This document shows, one piece after another, positions 1 to 9,922 of a stretch of 64,000 nt of DNA (within the stretch, counting starts at the first letter, position 1; every line of letters starts with the position of its first letter). The notes below the pieces were generated by a model. That model saw nothing but the letters and a program-made list of their open reading frames with translations, had not been told where the DNA came from and did no database searches. Position numbers and translations under genes: made by a program. This stretch comes from Pseudomonadota bacterium (GTDB lineage Bacteria > Pseudomonadota > Alphaproteobacteria > Rhodobacterales > Rhodobacteraceae): positions 3,815 through 67,814 of the forward strand of contig JAZKGQ010000026.1 of assembly GCA_040385825.1 (NCBI GenBank). Reading direction: 5' to 3'.

Positions 1-94
1 GCGAAAGCCTGTGGCGCGGCAGACGCCCGCGGGCTGCGCGGCTCTGGCATCGGGGGGAATTTTGTCCTATGTCATGCGGCGAAGATGGCCCTAG

Positions 95-430
<336 letters not shown>

Positions 431-1855
431 CTACAGGGGCGGCGCTGCGTCGCCGCCCGTCTTGCCCCAGCTTTCGATCTTGCGGTACAGGGTCGACGGC
501 GACACCGCCAGCACGCGCGAGGCTTTGGGAACCGACCCGCCATGGCGGGCAAGGGTGGCCTCGATGACGGCGCGTTCAGCCTCGGCCAGGGTCATGCCGA
601 CCAGACTGTCGATGGTCTGCACCGTGGCCGGGGCGTTCAGCGCCACGGGCTGCGGGGCGGGCTGGCTGTAGGATTGCGTCAGATCTTCGGGCAGGGTGTC
701 CAGCGTGACCCAGCCCCCGTCATTCAGCACCACCACGTTGCGGATCACGTTCAGCACCTGACGCACGTTTCCGGGCCAGGGCAGGCGGCGGAACAGGGCG
801 ATCACATCGGGGGTCAGGCCGATGAAGCGGCGGCCTTCTTCCTCGGCAAAGCGCGTCAGGGCGGTTTCGGCAATCTCGATCACATCGGCGCCGCGGTCGC
901 GCAAGGGGGGCATGTGGATCGGCACGACATACAGCCGATAATACAGGTCTTCGCGGAAATGCCCGCGCCGCACGGCATCCAGCGGGTCGCGGTTGGTGGC
1001 GCAGACGATGCGGACATTGACCTTGCGGGGCCGGGTGGATCCCACCGGCTGCACCGTCGAGGTTTGCAGGAACCGCAGCAGCTTGGTTTGCAGCGCCGGG
1101 GCCATTTCGCAAATCTCGTCCAGAAACAGGGTGCCGCCATCGGCCGCCGTGGCAGCGCCCGGCTTGTCGGAAATGGCGCCGGTAAAGCTGCCCTTCATAT
1201 GGCCGAACACCTCGGATTCCAGCAGATCCTGCGGAATGGCCCCGCAGTTCAGCGCGATGAACGGGCCGTTGGCGCGGGTGGAATTGCCATGCACGGCCAG
1301 CGCGCACAGTTCCTTGCCGGTGCCGCTTTCGCCGGTGATGAACACTGTCGCCATCGACCGGGCCACGGACGCGATCTTGGCATGGATGCGGGCCATCGGC
1401 TCTGACGTGCCGATGAAGGCACCGGACGGGGCGGGCACCGGGGCGGGGGCGGATCTGGCAAGGCTGGCGGCCGCCGCCCGCCGGGTGCCCCGCCCGCCTC
1501 TGGCATTTTCGACCGCGCCCAGAAGCCGGGTTTCATCGAACGGCTTGACCAGAAATTCATGGGCGCCCGCGCGCATCGCCTCGACCGCCTTGTTGATCGA
1601 CCCGTGGGCGGTAATCACGATCACCCGCGCCTCGGGCTGATGGGCCAGCAGATCCTGCATGAGCGCCAGCCCGTCGCGGTCGGGCAGCATCAGATCCAGC
1701 AGCACAACCCGCGCGGGCTGGGCCATGAACATTTCTAGCCCTTCGGCGGCGGTGCTGGCCATGCGGACCGTGTGGCCCGCCGATTTCAGCACCGAGGCAT
1801 AGACCAGTTGCAGCGAGGGCGTGTCTTCGATCAGCAGCAGGGCGGGGTCGGTCAT
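431..1855 (-). CDS. sigma-54-dependent response regulator (NtrC/LuxO-family bacterial enhancer-binding protein)
   Basis: Receiver domain (VVLLDLMLPDRDG). AAA+ sigma54-activation core (GESGTGKE, ESEVFGH, GSFTGA as a GAFTGA variant). C-terminal Fis-type HTH (SRVLAVSPSTLYRKIE). Its stop abuts the ferredoxin stop with zero spacer. Confidence 0.85.
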   Translation of the reverse strand: MTDPALLLIEDTPSLQLVYASVLKSAGHTVRMASTAAEGLEMFMAQPARVVLLDLMLPDRDGLALMQDLLAHQPEARVIVITAHGSINKAVEAMRAGAHEFLVKPFDETRLLGAVENARGGRGTRRAAAASLARSAPAPVPAPSGAFIGTSEPMARIHAKIASVARSMATVFITGESGTGKELCALAVHGNSTRANGPFIALNCGAIPQDLLESEVFGHMKGSFTGAISDKPGAATAADGGTLFLDEICEMAPALQTKLLRFLQTSTVQPVGSTRPRKVNVRIVCATNRDPLDAVRRGHFREDLYYRLYVVPIHMPPLRDRGADVIEIAETALTRFAEEEGRRFIGLTPDVIALFRRLPWPGNVRQVLNVIRNVVVLNDGGWVTLDTLPEDLTQSYSQPAPQPVALNAPATVQTIDSLVGMTLAEAERAVIEATLARHGGSVPKASRVLAVSPSTLYRKIESWGKTGGDAAPPL

Positions 1856-2277
1856 GGCGGGGGGGATGCGTTCTGGCCCGGATCGGCCTTATGGCCCGGA
1901 TCGGCCTTCTGATCGGTGACAAAGCGGATCAGCCGGTCCAGCAGCGGCAGCGTCGCCGCGACAAGGCCCGGCAGGGCATCGCCGCGTTGCAGATGGGCGA
2001 GGCGGTTCATGTCTTCGGCCAGGGTTTGCAGCGGCGTGGCCCCGACCGCGCCTGCCAGCGCCACCAGAACATGGCTGTGCGCCCGGATCGCCAGCCAGTC
2101 GGCAGGGGCGGCGGCGGCGTGGGTCAGGCCGGTCTGCACGGCCTGCAGATCTTCGGCCAGACGGTCCAGCAGTTCGGCACCGGCGACCGGGCCTGCCAGG
2201 TGCATCAACCGCCGAAAGATCTGATCATCGGGCAGGACCGCCTGCAAGATCGGGGGCGTCGGCATGGCCAGCCTCAT
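1852..2277 (-). CDS. Hpt (histidine phosphotransfer) domain protein, LuxU-like; start uncertain
   Basis: Hpt-type motif AHSHVLVALAGAVGA about 70 aa after Met-44 of the long ORF. 4-nt ATGA overlap with the downstream regulator. The longest ORF would start at 2406, but that ATG lies inside a palindrome in a lower-GC stretch. Alternative starts are 2265 (better AGG Shine-Dalgarno) and 2406. Confidence 0.55.
   Translation of the reverse strand: MRLAMPTPPILQAVLPDDQIFRRLMHLAGPVAGAELLDRLAEDLQAVQTGLTHAAAAPADWLAIRAHSHVLVALAGAVGATPLQTLAEDMNRLAHLQRGDALPGLVAATLPLLDRLIRFVTDQKADPGHKADPGQNASPPP
1874..1908. repeat. 18-nt tandem duplication (17/18 identical) at the 3' end of the Hpt gene
   Basis: tggcccggatcggcctt occurs at 1874-1890 and 1892-1908. 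It is in frame and encodes KADPGH-KADPGQ on the minus strand. Confidence 0.8.
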
Positions 2278-2398
2278 CAACTCTGCATCATCGCCACAGA
2301 TGGCTTGACCCTGCCTGACCGCCGAAAGTGCCATTTCTGAGGCCAGACAGGCACCGGCCAAAGGCATTTGCGCAGCGACAGCGAAGGCAGCGTCATTT

Positions 2399-2415
2399 CT
2401 TTGCATAATGCAAAG
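2399..2415. promoter_or_regulatory. perfect 17-bp palindrome CTTTGCATAATGCAAAG (core TTGCA-TAA-TGCAA), candidate operator
   Basis: 8+1+8 perfect inverted repeat in the lower-GC gap between the prpE stop (2458) and the Hpt gene. The core equals the LuxO-box consensus TTGCA-W3-TGCAA as I recall it. Confidence 0.5.
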
Positions 2416-2457
2416 AGTTTACGCATTCTGCATCGCATGTCCAGCGATGCCGCTACG

Positions 2458-4350
2458 TCAGCCCTTGGCATAGCCCAGACTGCGCAAGGCCAAGGTGATC
2501 TCGTCCAAGATGGCCGGGTCGTCGATGGTCGCGGGCATTTTCCACGTCACGCCATCGGCGATCTTGCCCATCGTGCTGCGCAGGATCTTGCCCGAGCGGG
2601 TCTTGGGCAGACGGTCCACCACCACGGCACGCTTGAAATCGGCCACCGGGCCGATCTTGTCGCGCATCAGGGCCACACAATCGGCCACCACATCGGCGGC
2701 ATTGCGGGTGCAGCCCTTGTTCAGGCACAGGAAGCCAAGCGGGGATTGGCCCTTCAGCGCATCGGCCACCCCGATCACCGCGCATTCGGCCACGTCGGGG
2801 TGGCCTGCCAACACTTCCTCCATCGCGCCGGTCGACAGGCGGTGGCCCGCCACGTTGATCACGTCATCGGTGCGCGCCATGATGTAAAGATAGCCGTCCG
2901 CATCGACATAGCCCGCATCGCCGGTTTCATAATAGCCCGGAAAATGCGCGAGATAACTTTTCTCGAACCGGCTTTCCGCATTCCACAGGGTGGGCAGGGT
3001 GCCGGGCGGCAGGGGCAGGCGGATCGCGATGGCCCCAAGCGTGCCTGACGATACCGGATGCCCGGCCTCGTCCAGCACCTGCACGTCGTAGCCCGGCATC
3101 GGCATGGCAGGGCTGCCGATCTTTACCGGCAAAGCCTCGATCCCCAGGGGGTTGGCGGCGATGGCATAGCCGGTTTCGGTCTGCCACCAATGGTCGATCA
3201 CCGGCACCTTCAGGTGGCGCTGCGCCCACAGGATGGTGTCGGGGTCGGCCCGTTCGCCCGCCAGAAACAGCGAGCGCAACCCGGAAAGATCATGCCCCGG
3301 CACCAGCAGCCCCTGCGGATCATCGCGCTTGATCGCCCGCAGCGCGGTTGGCGCGGTAAAGAAGCAGCGCACCTTGTGTTCAGCCATCACCCGCCAGAAG
3401 GCAGCCGCATCGGGGGTGCCCACGGGTTTGCCTTCATACATGACGGTGGTGCAGCCGGCGATCAGCGGGCCATAGCAGATGTAGCTGTGCCCCACGACCC
3501 AGCCCACATCCGACGCCGCCCAGAACACATCGCCGGGACCGCAATCATAGATCGACCGCATGGTCCAACTGATTGCCACCAGATGCCCCGCCGTGGGCCG
3601 CACCACACCTTTGGGCGCGCCAGTGGTGCCCGAGGTGTAGAGGATATAGGCCGGATGATTGCCCGCAACGGCCACGCAATCGGCGGGGGGCGCCCCGTCG
3701 ATGAAGGCGGCCCAGTCGATGTCACGGTCCGGGGTCAGATCGGCCTGCCCCTGCGGGCGTTGCAGGATCACGCAGAAATCGGGCTGGTGCGCGGCAATCG
3801 CAAGCGCCTCGTCCAGCAGCGGCTTGTAGGGCACGACGCGCGCAGGCTCGATGCCGCAGGACGCGGCAAGAATGGCCTTGGGGGTGCAGTCATCAATCCT
3901 GACCGCCAGTTCGGCGGCGGCAAAGCCGCCAAAGACCACGCAATGCACCGCGCCGATCCGGGCGCAGGCCAGCATCGCCACCACGGCTTCGGGCACCATC
4001 GGCATGTAGAGGATCACCCGGTCGCCCTTGCCCACCCCCCGCGCCTGCAAGGCCCCGGCCAGTTGCGCCACGCGGGTCTGCAACTGGGCATAGGTGACGG
4101 TGGCCTGGCTGCCCGTCACCGGGCTGTCATGGATGATCGCCGCCTGCGCCCCACGCCCGGCCAGCACATGCCGGTCCACCGCATTGTAGCAGGTGTTGAC
4201 AGTGGCATCGGTGAACCATTCGTAGAACGGGGCGCGTGTGGCGTTCAGCGCATGGGTCGGGGGCGTGACCCAGTCAATCGCCTGCGCCGCGTCCAGCCAG
4301 AAGGCCTCGGGATCGGCCTGCCAGCCTGCGTAAACCGCTGCATATGTCAT
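2458..4350 (-). CDS. prpE: propionate--CoA ligase (acyl-CoA synthetase, AMP-forming)
   Basis: N-terminus MTYAAVYAGWQADPEAFWLDAAQAIDW, plus RVILYMPMVPEAVVAMLACARIGAVHCVVFGGF and YTSGTTGAPKG, align by eye with PrpE. Start trimmed to the ATG at 4350. Confidence 0.85.
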   Translation of the reverse strand: MTYAAVYAGWQADPEAFWLDAAQAIDWVTPPTHALNATRAPFYEWFTDATVNTCYNAVDRHVLAGRGAQAAIIHDSPVTGSQATVTYAQLQTRVAQLAGALQARGVGKGDRVILYMPMVPEAVVAMLACARIGAVHCVVFGGFAAAELAVRIDDCTPKAILAASCGIEPARVVPYKPLLDEALAIAAHQPDFCVILQRPQGQADLTPDRDIDWAAFIDGAPPADCVAVAGNHPAYILYTSGTTGAPKGVVRPTAGHLVAISWTMRSIYDCGPGDVFWAASDVGWVVGHSYICYGPLIAGCTTVMYEGKPVGTPDAAAFWRVMAEHKVRCFFTAPTALRAIKRDDPQGLLVPGHDLSGLRSLFLAGERADPDTILWAQRHLKVPVIDHWWQTETGYAIAANPLGIEALPVKIGSPAMPMPGYDVQVLDEAGHPVSSGTLGAIAIRLPLPPGTLPTLWNAESRFEKSYLAHFPGYYETGDAGYVDADGYLYIMARTDDVINVAGHRLSTGAMEEVLAGHPDVAECAVIGVADALKGQSPLGFLCLNKGCTRNAADVVADCVALMRDKIGPVADFKRAVVVDRLPKTRSGKILRSTMGKIADGVTWKMPATIDDPAILDEITLALRSLGYAKG

Positions 4351-4445
4351 GGCCGGGCCTCCCTCAAAGCTGGGCAAGTGTTACGGCAGGGCGGGGCAGG
4401 CACGCAACGGCCTTGGCACAGGAATGCGGCGAAAGGCATCGGAAA

Positions 4446-4534
4446 TTTGCAAAAACCGGCCTGCGCGGCAAGGACGGTTTTGCAAACCCCGGCGCGATGT
4501 GACACGGGCGTCGCAATGCACCGGGGTTTGCAAA
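4446..4534. promoter_or_regulatory. three TTTGCAAA boxes upstream of prpE (ScfR/PccR-type operator candidates)
   Basis: TTTGCAAA at 4446-4453, 4479-4486 and 4527-4534. Boxes 2 and 3 extend to a perfect 14-nt inverted repeat (tttgcaaaccccgg / ccggggtttgcaaa). Confidence 0.55.
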
Positions 4535-4549
4535 GTGGTGGGGGCCGCC

Positions 4550-6829
4550 CTAGCCGTAATGCGCGACAGGCGTGCCCGCGATGGCCGACATGTTCAGCAG
4601 GCCCCGCGCGGTGATGGCGTTCGTCACCACATGCGCCTTGTTGCCCATGCCCATCAGGATCGGCCCGACCTCCAGCCCGCCGGCCTTGACCTTCAGGATG
4701 TTGCGCACGCCGGACGCCACCTCGGACGAGGCAAACACCAGCACATTCGCCGCCCCTTCATAGCGCGACCCCGGCAACAGGCGGTCGCGGATCGACGGGT
4801 CGAGGGCGGCATCGATGTTCATTTCCCCCTCATAGGCGAAATCGGGTTCGCGGTCGTCCAGCAGTTCCAGCGCCTCGCGCATGCGGCGGGCGCTGGCGTT
4901 TTCCATGTTGCCAAACTGGCTTTGCGTGCACAGCGCGATCTTGGGCGTCAGGCCAAAGCGGCGGGTGTGACGCGCGGCCCCGATCACGGTTTCCATGATC
5001 TGCATGGGGGTCGGTTCCGGATGGACATGGGTGTCGGCAATGAACAGCGGCCCGTCTTCCAGGATCATCAGGCTCAGGGCCCCCACCGGATGCAGGCCCC
5101 CGCGCGCAAGGATCTGGCGCACATAGCCCAGATGCCAGTTGTACTGCCCAAAGGTGCCGCAGATCATGCTGTCGGCCTCATCCCGGTGGACCATGACGGC
5201 GGCAATCGCGGTGGTGTTGGTGCGCATCACGGCGCGGGCGGTGTCGGGCGTGACGCCCTGACGCGCCATCAGTTCGTGATAGGTGCCCCAGTAATCGCGG
5301 AAACGGTGGTCGTTTTCGGGGTTCACCAGGTGGAAATCCCGGCCCGGACGGATCGGCAGCCCCGCGCGTTCGCAACGGGCCTCGACCACTTCGGGGCGAC
5401 CGATCAGAATAGGGACATCGGTGGTTTCCTCCAGCATCGCGTTGGCGGCGCGCAGCACGCGTTCATCTTCGCCTTCGGCAAAGACGATGCGGCGGGAGGC
5501 GAGTTTGGAGGCCTCGAACACCGATCGCATCAGCATGGCCGATTTGAACACCGACCCGTCAAGCTGCGCCTTGTAGGCGGCGATGTCGGCCAGGGGGCGG
5601 GTGGCGACGCCGGTTTCCATCGCGGCACGGGCAACGGCAGTGGCCACCACGCCCATCAGGCGGGGGTCGAAGGGTTTCGGGATCAGGTAATCCGGCCCGA
5701 ATTGCAGCGTCTCGCCGCGGTAGGCGGCGGCGGCCTCGGCGCTGGTGGTGGCGCGGGCAAGGGCTGCGATGCCGTCGATGCAGGCCAGTTCCATTTCGTC
5801 GTTGATCGTGGTGGCCCCCACATCCAACGCCCCCCGGAAGATGAAGGGAAAGCACAGCACGTTGTTGACCTGATTGGGAAAGTCGCTGCGGCCCGTGGCG
5901 ATGATCGCTGTTGGCGCGACCGAGCGCACGGCATCGGGGGTGATCTCGGGCGAGGGGTTGGCAAGCGCAAAGATGATCGGGCTGGGGGCCATGGTCGCCA
6001 CCATTTCAGGCGTCAGCACACCGGGGCCGGACAGGCCAAGGAACAGATCCGCCCCGCCGATCACATCGGCCAGCGTGGCGGCCACAGTGCCTTGGGCAAA
6101 GTTCGCCTTCTGCGGCGTCATCTGCGCCGCGCGCCCGTGGTAAACCAGCCCCTCAAGGTCACACAGCCAGATGTTTTCCCGCCGCACGCCCAGCTTGACC
6201 AGCATCTCAAGGCAGGCAATCCCGGCAGCGCCGCCGCCCGTGGACACCACCTTGACCTGATCAAAAGACTTGCCCGCCACGATCAGTGCATTGGTCGCCG
6301 CCGCCCCAACCACGATCGCGGTGCCGTGCTGGTCATCGTGAAACACCGGAATGTTCATCCGCTCGCGGCACAGTTTTTCCACGATGAAGCAATCGGGGGC
6401 CTTGATGTCTTCCAGGTTGATCGCCCCGAACGTGGGTTCCAGCGCGCAGACGATGGCCGCCAGCTTTTCGGGGTCGGGTTCGTTCACCTCGATGTCAAAG
6501 CAGTCGATGTTGGCGAATTTCTTGAACAGAACCGCCTTGCCCTCCATCACCGGCTTTGACGCCAGGGCCCCGATGTTGCCAAGGCCCAGCACGGCGGTTC
6601 CGTTGGAAACCACCGCCACCAGATTGCCGCGCGTGGTATAGCGGGCTGCGGCGGACGGATCGGCCTTGATTTCAAGGCAGGCTTCGGCCACGCCGGGGGA
6701 ATAGGCACGGGACAGGTCACGGCCATTGGCAAGGGGTTTGGTCGCGCGGATTTCCAGTTTTCCGGGCTTGGGAAATTCGTGATAATCCAGCGCCGCCTGG
6801 CGCGCATTGTCCTGCCGTGTGTCGTCCAT
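4550..6829 (-). CDS. maeB: NADP-dependent malic enzyme with C-terminal phosphotransacetylase-like domain
   Basis: [30 protein letters not shown] and a NAD(P)-binding GGGAAGIAC motif, with a long PTA-like C-terminal half. Start trimmed to MDDTRQ (6829). Confidence 0.9.
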   Translation of the reverse strand: MDDTRQDNARQAALDYHEFPKPGKLEIRATKPLANGRDLSRAYSPGVAEACLEIKADPSAAARYTTRGNLVAVVSNGTAVLGLGNIGALASKPVMEGKAVLFKKFANIDCFDIEVNEPDPEKLAAIVCALEPTFGAINLEDIKAPDCFIVEKLCRERMNIPVFHDDQHGTAIVVGAAATNALIVAGKSFDQVKVVSTGGGAAGIACLEMLVKLGVRRENIWLCDLEGLVYHGRAAQMTPQKANFAQGTVAATLADVIGGADLFLGLSGPGVLTPEMVATMAPSPIIFALANPSPEITPDAVRSVAPTAIIATGRSDFPNQVNNVLCFPFIFRGALDVGATTINDEMELACIDGIAALARATTSAEAAAAYRGETLQFGPDYLIPKPFDPRLMGVVATAVARAAMETGVATRPLADIAAYKAQLDGSVFKSAMLMRSVFEASKLASRRIVFAEGEDERVLRAANAMLEETTDVPILIGRPEVVEARCERAGLPIRPGRDFHLVNPENDHRFRDYWGTYHELMARQGVTPDTARAVMRTNTTAIAAVMVHRDEADSMICGTFGQYNWHLGYVRQILARGGLHPVGALSLMILEDGPLFIADTHVHPEPTPMQIMETVIGAARHTRRFGLTPKIALCTQSQFGNMENASARRMREALELLDDREPDFAYEGEMNIDAALDPSIRDRLLPGSRYEGAANVLVFASSEVASGVRNILKVKAGGLEVGPILMGMGNKAHVVTNAITARGLLNMSAIAGTPVAHYG

Positions 6830-6969
6830 TCCCCACCCCCTAGAATTTGGTTTAGCCTTAAACCAGTTTTCCCTGCGCGCCAACCATGGCGTTGATGCAG
6901 GTCTTTTCGCACCAGCTTGCAAATCCCGCAATGCCCCAGCACCATGCCGCGCAAAACAGGGGGCACTAG

Positions 6970-8052
6970 ATGACCGAGACTCGCGCCGAAATTCGCCTGC
7001 CGACGACCGAGCTGCGCAATGACCTGCCGTTCTACACCAAAACCCTCGGGATGCGGCTTGATTCCATCTACCCCGCCGACAACCCCGAGGTGGCGGTGCT
7101 GTCGGGCCATGGCCTGCGCCTGCGCATCCAGAAAGGGGCGACGGAAGCCCCCGGCACGCTGCGCATCCTGACCGACACGCCCGATGCCTTTGCAGGTGGC
7201 GCGCGGGTGCTGACCGCCCCCAATGGCACGCGGATCGAGATTGACGAGTTGCACCCGCCCATGATCCTGCCCGCCACCGAACACGCCTTTGTCGTGCGCC
7301 GTCTGGCCGATCAGGCGCCTTGGGTGATCGGCCGGGCGGGCATGCACTACCGCGACCTCATTCCCACGCGTCTGGGTGGGGCGATGATTGCCAGCCACAT
7401 CCGCATTCCCGATGGCGGCCCGGTGCCCGACATGGTGCATTTCCACCGCGTCGGGTTTCAACTGATCTTCTGCGTCAAGGGCTGGGTCGATGTGGTGTAT
7501 GAAGACCAGGGTGGCCCGATCCGCCTGAACGCGGGCGATTGCTTTATCCAGCCGCCGCAGATCCGCCACCGCGTATTACATGCCAGCGACGGGATCGAGG
7601 TGATCGAGATTGGCGTGCCCGCCGATCATGTGACCGAGATTGACCACGACATGACCCTGCCCACCCCGCATCTGCGCCCCGACCGCATCTGGGATGGCCA
7701 GCGCTTTGTGCATAACGTGGGGACGACGGGCAATTTCACCCCGTTCCGCATTCCGGGTTTCGTGGCCCGTGACACCACCATCAATGCGGGCACCGGAGGC
7801 GTGGCATCGGTGATGGTCCTTCGCCCGAAGGGGGTCGCCCCCTGGACGACGCATCAGGGCGATATTCTGTTCACCTATGTCATGGCCGGCGAAATGACGC
7901 TGGAAGGACAGGGCAAAGACCCCTTCCGCCTGTCGATGGGTGACGCCTTCGTGATTCCTCCCGGCATGGCCACGCGCTATGCCGACGCGAGTGATGATCT
8001 TGAACTGCTGGAGGTCAGCCTGCCGGGCAATCCGGCAACGGCAACGCTGTAG
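6970..8052 (+). CDS. VOC-like N-terminal domain plus bicupin protein, function unknown
   Basis: 360-aa ORF with two cupin-like segments (HFHRVGFQLIFCVKGWVDVVY and GDILFTYVMAGEMTLEG). Good coding look; no specific family recognised. Confidence 0.7.
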   Translation: MTETRAEIRLPTTELRNDLPFYTKTLGMRLDSIYPADNPEVAVLSGHGLRLRIQKGATEAPGTLRILTDTPDAFAGGARVLTAPNGTRIEIDELHPPMILPATEHAFVVRRLADQAPWVIGRAGMHYRDLIPTRLGGAMIASHIRIPDGGPVPDMVHFHRVGFQLIFCVKGWVDVVYEDQGGPIRLNAGDCFIQPPQIRHRVLHASDGIEVIEIGVPADHVTEIDHDMTLPTPHLRPDRIWDGQRFVHNVGTTGNFTPFRIPGFVARDTTINAGTGGVASVMVLRPKGVAPWTTHQGDILFTYVMAGEMTLEGQGKDPFRLSMGDAFVIPPGMATRYADASDDLELLEVSLPGNPATATL

Positions 8053-8221
8053 ATATTTTCTGTCTCCAGCTATCCCGCGGGGGAAGAGTCATTGACGCCA
8101 CGCCACTGAACCGGCGGGGGTGTGCCCCCCCGTCGCGGCCAGCCGCAAGCGCAACCCTTGCAACCAAGGCGCATCCGCCCCACACTTCCCGACCAAATGG
8201 TCAAGAACCCGGAGGCCCCCG

Positions 8222-8614
8222 ATGTCCCTTCTCACCGCCGCAACCGACGTGCGCCTGCGCGCCTATGCACCCTATTCCCGCTTCAAGGTGGGGGCGGCGA
8301 TCCGGGCCACGTCGGGGGCCGTGCATGTCGGCTGCAATGTCGAAAACGTGGCCTACCCGGAAGGCACCTGCGCAGAGGCCGGGGCCATCGCCGCGATGAT
8401 TGCCGCCGGGGATACCCGCATTGCCGAGGTTTACGTCATCGCCGACAGCCCCAGCCCGGTGCCCCCCTGTGGCGGCTGCCGCCAGAAACTGGCGGAATTT
8501 GCCGATCAGGACGTGCGGGTCACCTTGTGCACCACTGACGGTGCCTCCAGAACCATGACGGTGGCCGACCTGCTGCCCGGCGTGTTCACCGCCGCCCATA
8601 TGGACCGCACCTGA
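8222..8614 (+). CDS. cdd: cytidine deaminase
   Basis: CAEAGAI and PCGGCRQ zinc-ligand motifs. About 130 aa from MSLLTAAT. Stop overlaps the deoA start by 1 nt. Confidence 0.9.
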   Translation: MSLLTAATDVRLRAYAPYSRFKVGAAIRATSGAVHVGCNVENVAYPEGTCAEAGAIAAMIAAGDTRIAEVYVIADSPSPVPPCGGCRQKLAEFADQDVRVTLCTTDGASRTMTVADLLPGVFTAAHMDRT

Positions 8615-9921
8615 TGGACGCCCGCGCCATCATCGCCAGGCTGCGCGATGGCGGCGCGCTGACGCCGGACGAGCTTGGCTGGTTCGCCCAAGGGCTGGCC
8701 TCGGGCGTGGTCAGCGATGCGCAGGCGGGGGCCTTTGCGATGGCGGTGCTGCTGCGGGGTCTGGGCGATGCGGGCCGGGTGGCCCTGACCCGCGCGATGC
8801 GCGACAGCGGCAATGTGATGCAATGGGATCTGCCCGGCCCGGTGCTGGACAAGCATTCCACCGGCGGCATCGGCGATTGCGTGTCGCTGCTGCTGGCCCC
8901 GGCGATGGCGGCCTGCGGGGGGTATGTCCCGATGATCTCGGGCCGGGGGCTGGGCCACACGGGGGGCACGCTGGACAAGCTGGAGTCGATCCCCGGCTTT
9001 CGCACCACGCTGACCGACGCCGCCCTGCGCCGCCAGATGCGCGATGTGGGCTGCGCGATCGTGGCCGCGGGCGGCGACATCGCCCCTGCCGACCGCAGGC
9101 TTTATGCGGTGCGCGATGTGACGGCGACGGTCGAATCCATCGACCTGATCACCGCCTCGATCCTGTCGAAAAAGCTGGCGGCGGGGCTGGAAGGCCTTGT
9201 TCTGGATGTGAAATGCGGATCGGGCGCGTTCATGAAGACGCTTGATGAGGCCGAGGCTTTGGCGCGCGCCTTGGTCAGCACGGCGCAAGGGGCGGGCTGC
9301 ATGACCACCGCCCTGATCACCGATATGTCGCAACCCCTTGCCACCGCCGCAGGCAATGCGCTGGAGGTGATCGAGGTGATGGAAACCCTGACCGGCACCT
9401 CGATCAACGCCGCCCTGTGGGATCTGACGGCGGCCTTGGGCGGCGAGGCTTTGGCGCTTGGCGGGCTTGCGGCAGACGCGGCAGATGGGGCAGGTCGCAT
9501 CATTCAGGCGCTGGAATCCGGGGCGGCGGCGGAATGTTTTGGCCGCATGGTGGCGGCCCAGGGTGGCCCCGCCGATTTCGTCGATCGCTGGCCCGACCGC
9601 CTGCCCGCCGCCCCGGTGGTGATGGAGGTGCCCGCGCTGGACGACGGGGTGATCGCCGCGATTGACGGGCAGGCGCTTGGGCTGGCCGTGGTGCATCTGG
9701 GGGCCGGGCGCGTGCAGATGACCGACCGTGTGAACCCCTCGGTCGGCCTGTCCGACATGGCGGGTCTGGGCGAGGAGGCGGGCGCTGGCGTGCCGATTGC
9801 CATGGTTCATGCCGCGACCGAAGATGCCGCGCGTGTTGCCGTGCGTGCCGTGCAGGCCGCCTATTCCATTCGCCCCACCTGTGATACCGAGCCGCCCCTT
9901 GTGCTGAAAAGGATCGCCTGA
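8614..9921 (+). CDS. deoA: thymidine phosphorylase
   Basis: KHSTGGIGD and GRGLGHTGGTLDKLESIPGF motifs; 435 aa. Confidence 0.9.
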   Translation: MDARAIIARLRDGGALTPDELGWFAQGLASGVVSDAQAGAFAMAVLLRGLGDAGRVALTRAMRDSGNVMQWDLPGPVLDKHSTGGIGDCVSLLLAPAMAACGGYVPMISGRGLGHTGGTLDKLESIPGFRTTLTDAALRRQMRDVGCAIVAAGGDIAPADRRLYAVRDVTATVESIDLITASILSKKLAAGLEGLVLDVKCGSGAFMKTLDEAEALARALVSTAQGAGCMTTALITDMSQPLATAAGNALEVIEVMETLTGTSINAALWDLTAALGGEALALGGLAADAADGAGRIIQALESGAAAECFGRMVAAQGGPADFVDRWPDRLPAAPVVMEVPALDDGVIAAIDGQALGLAVVHLGAGRVQMTDRVNPSVGLSDMAGLGEEAGAGVPIAMVHAATEDAARVAVRAVQAAYSIRPTCDTEPPLVLKRIA

Positions 9922-9922
9922 C

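Noticed and set aside
2278-2398. Perfect -24-like TGGCAC (minus strand, aaatggcactttcgg) and CTGGCC...TGGC in the Hpt leader as possible sigma-54 promoters
   Set aside because: No GC dinucleotide lies at the required 10-nt spacing (8 or 11 nt instead). I therefore make no sigma-54 promoter call for the Hpt/bEBP operon itself.
4414-4430. TGGCAC-containing sigma-54-like sequence (cttggcacaggaatgcgg) near the LuxO-like regulator's neighbour prpE
   Set aside because: GG-to-GC spacing is 9 rather than 10 nt. It is on the plus strand, pointing into the 3' end of maeB (antisense) and away from prpE.
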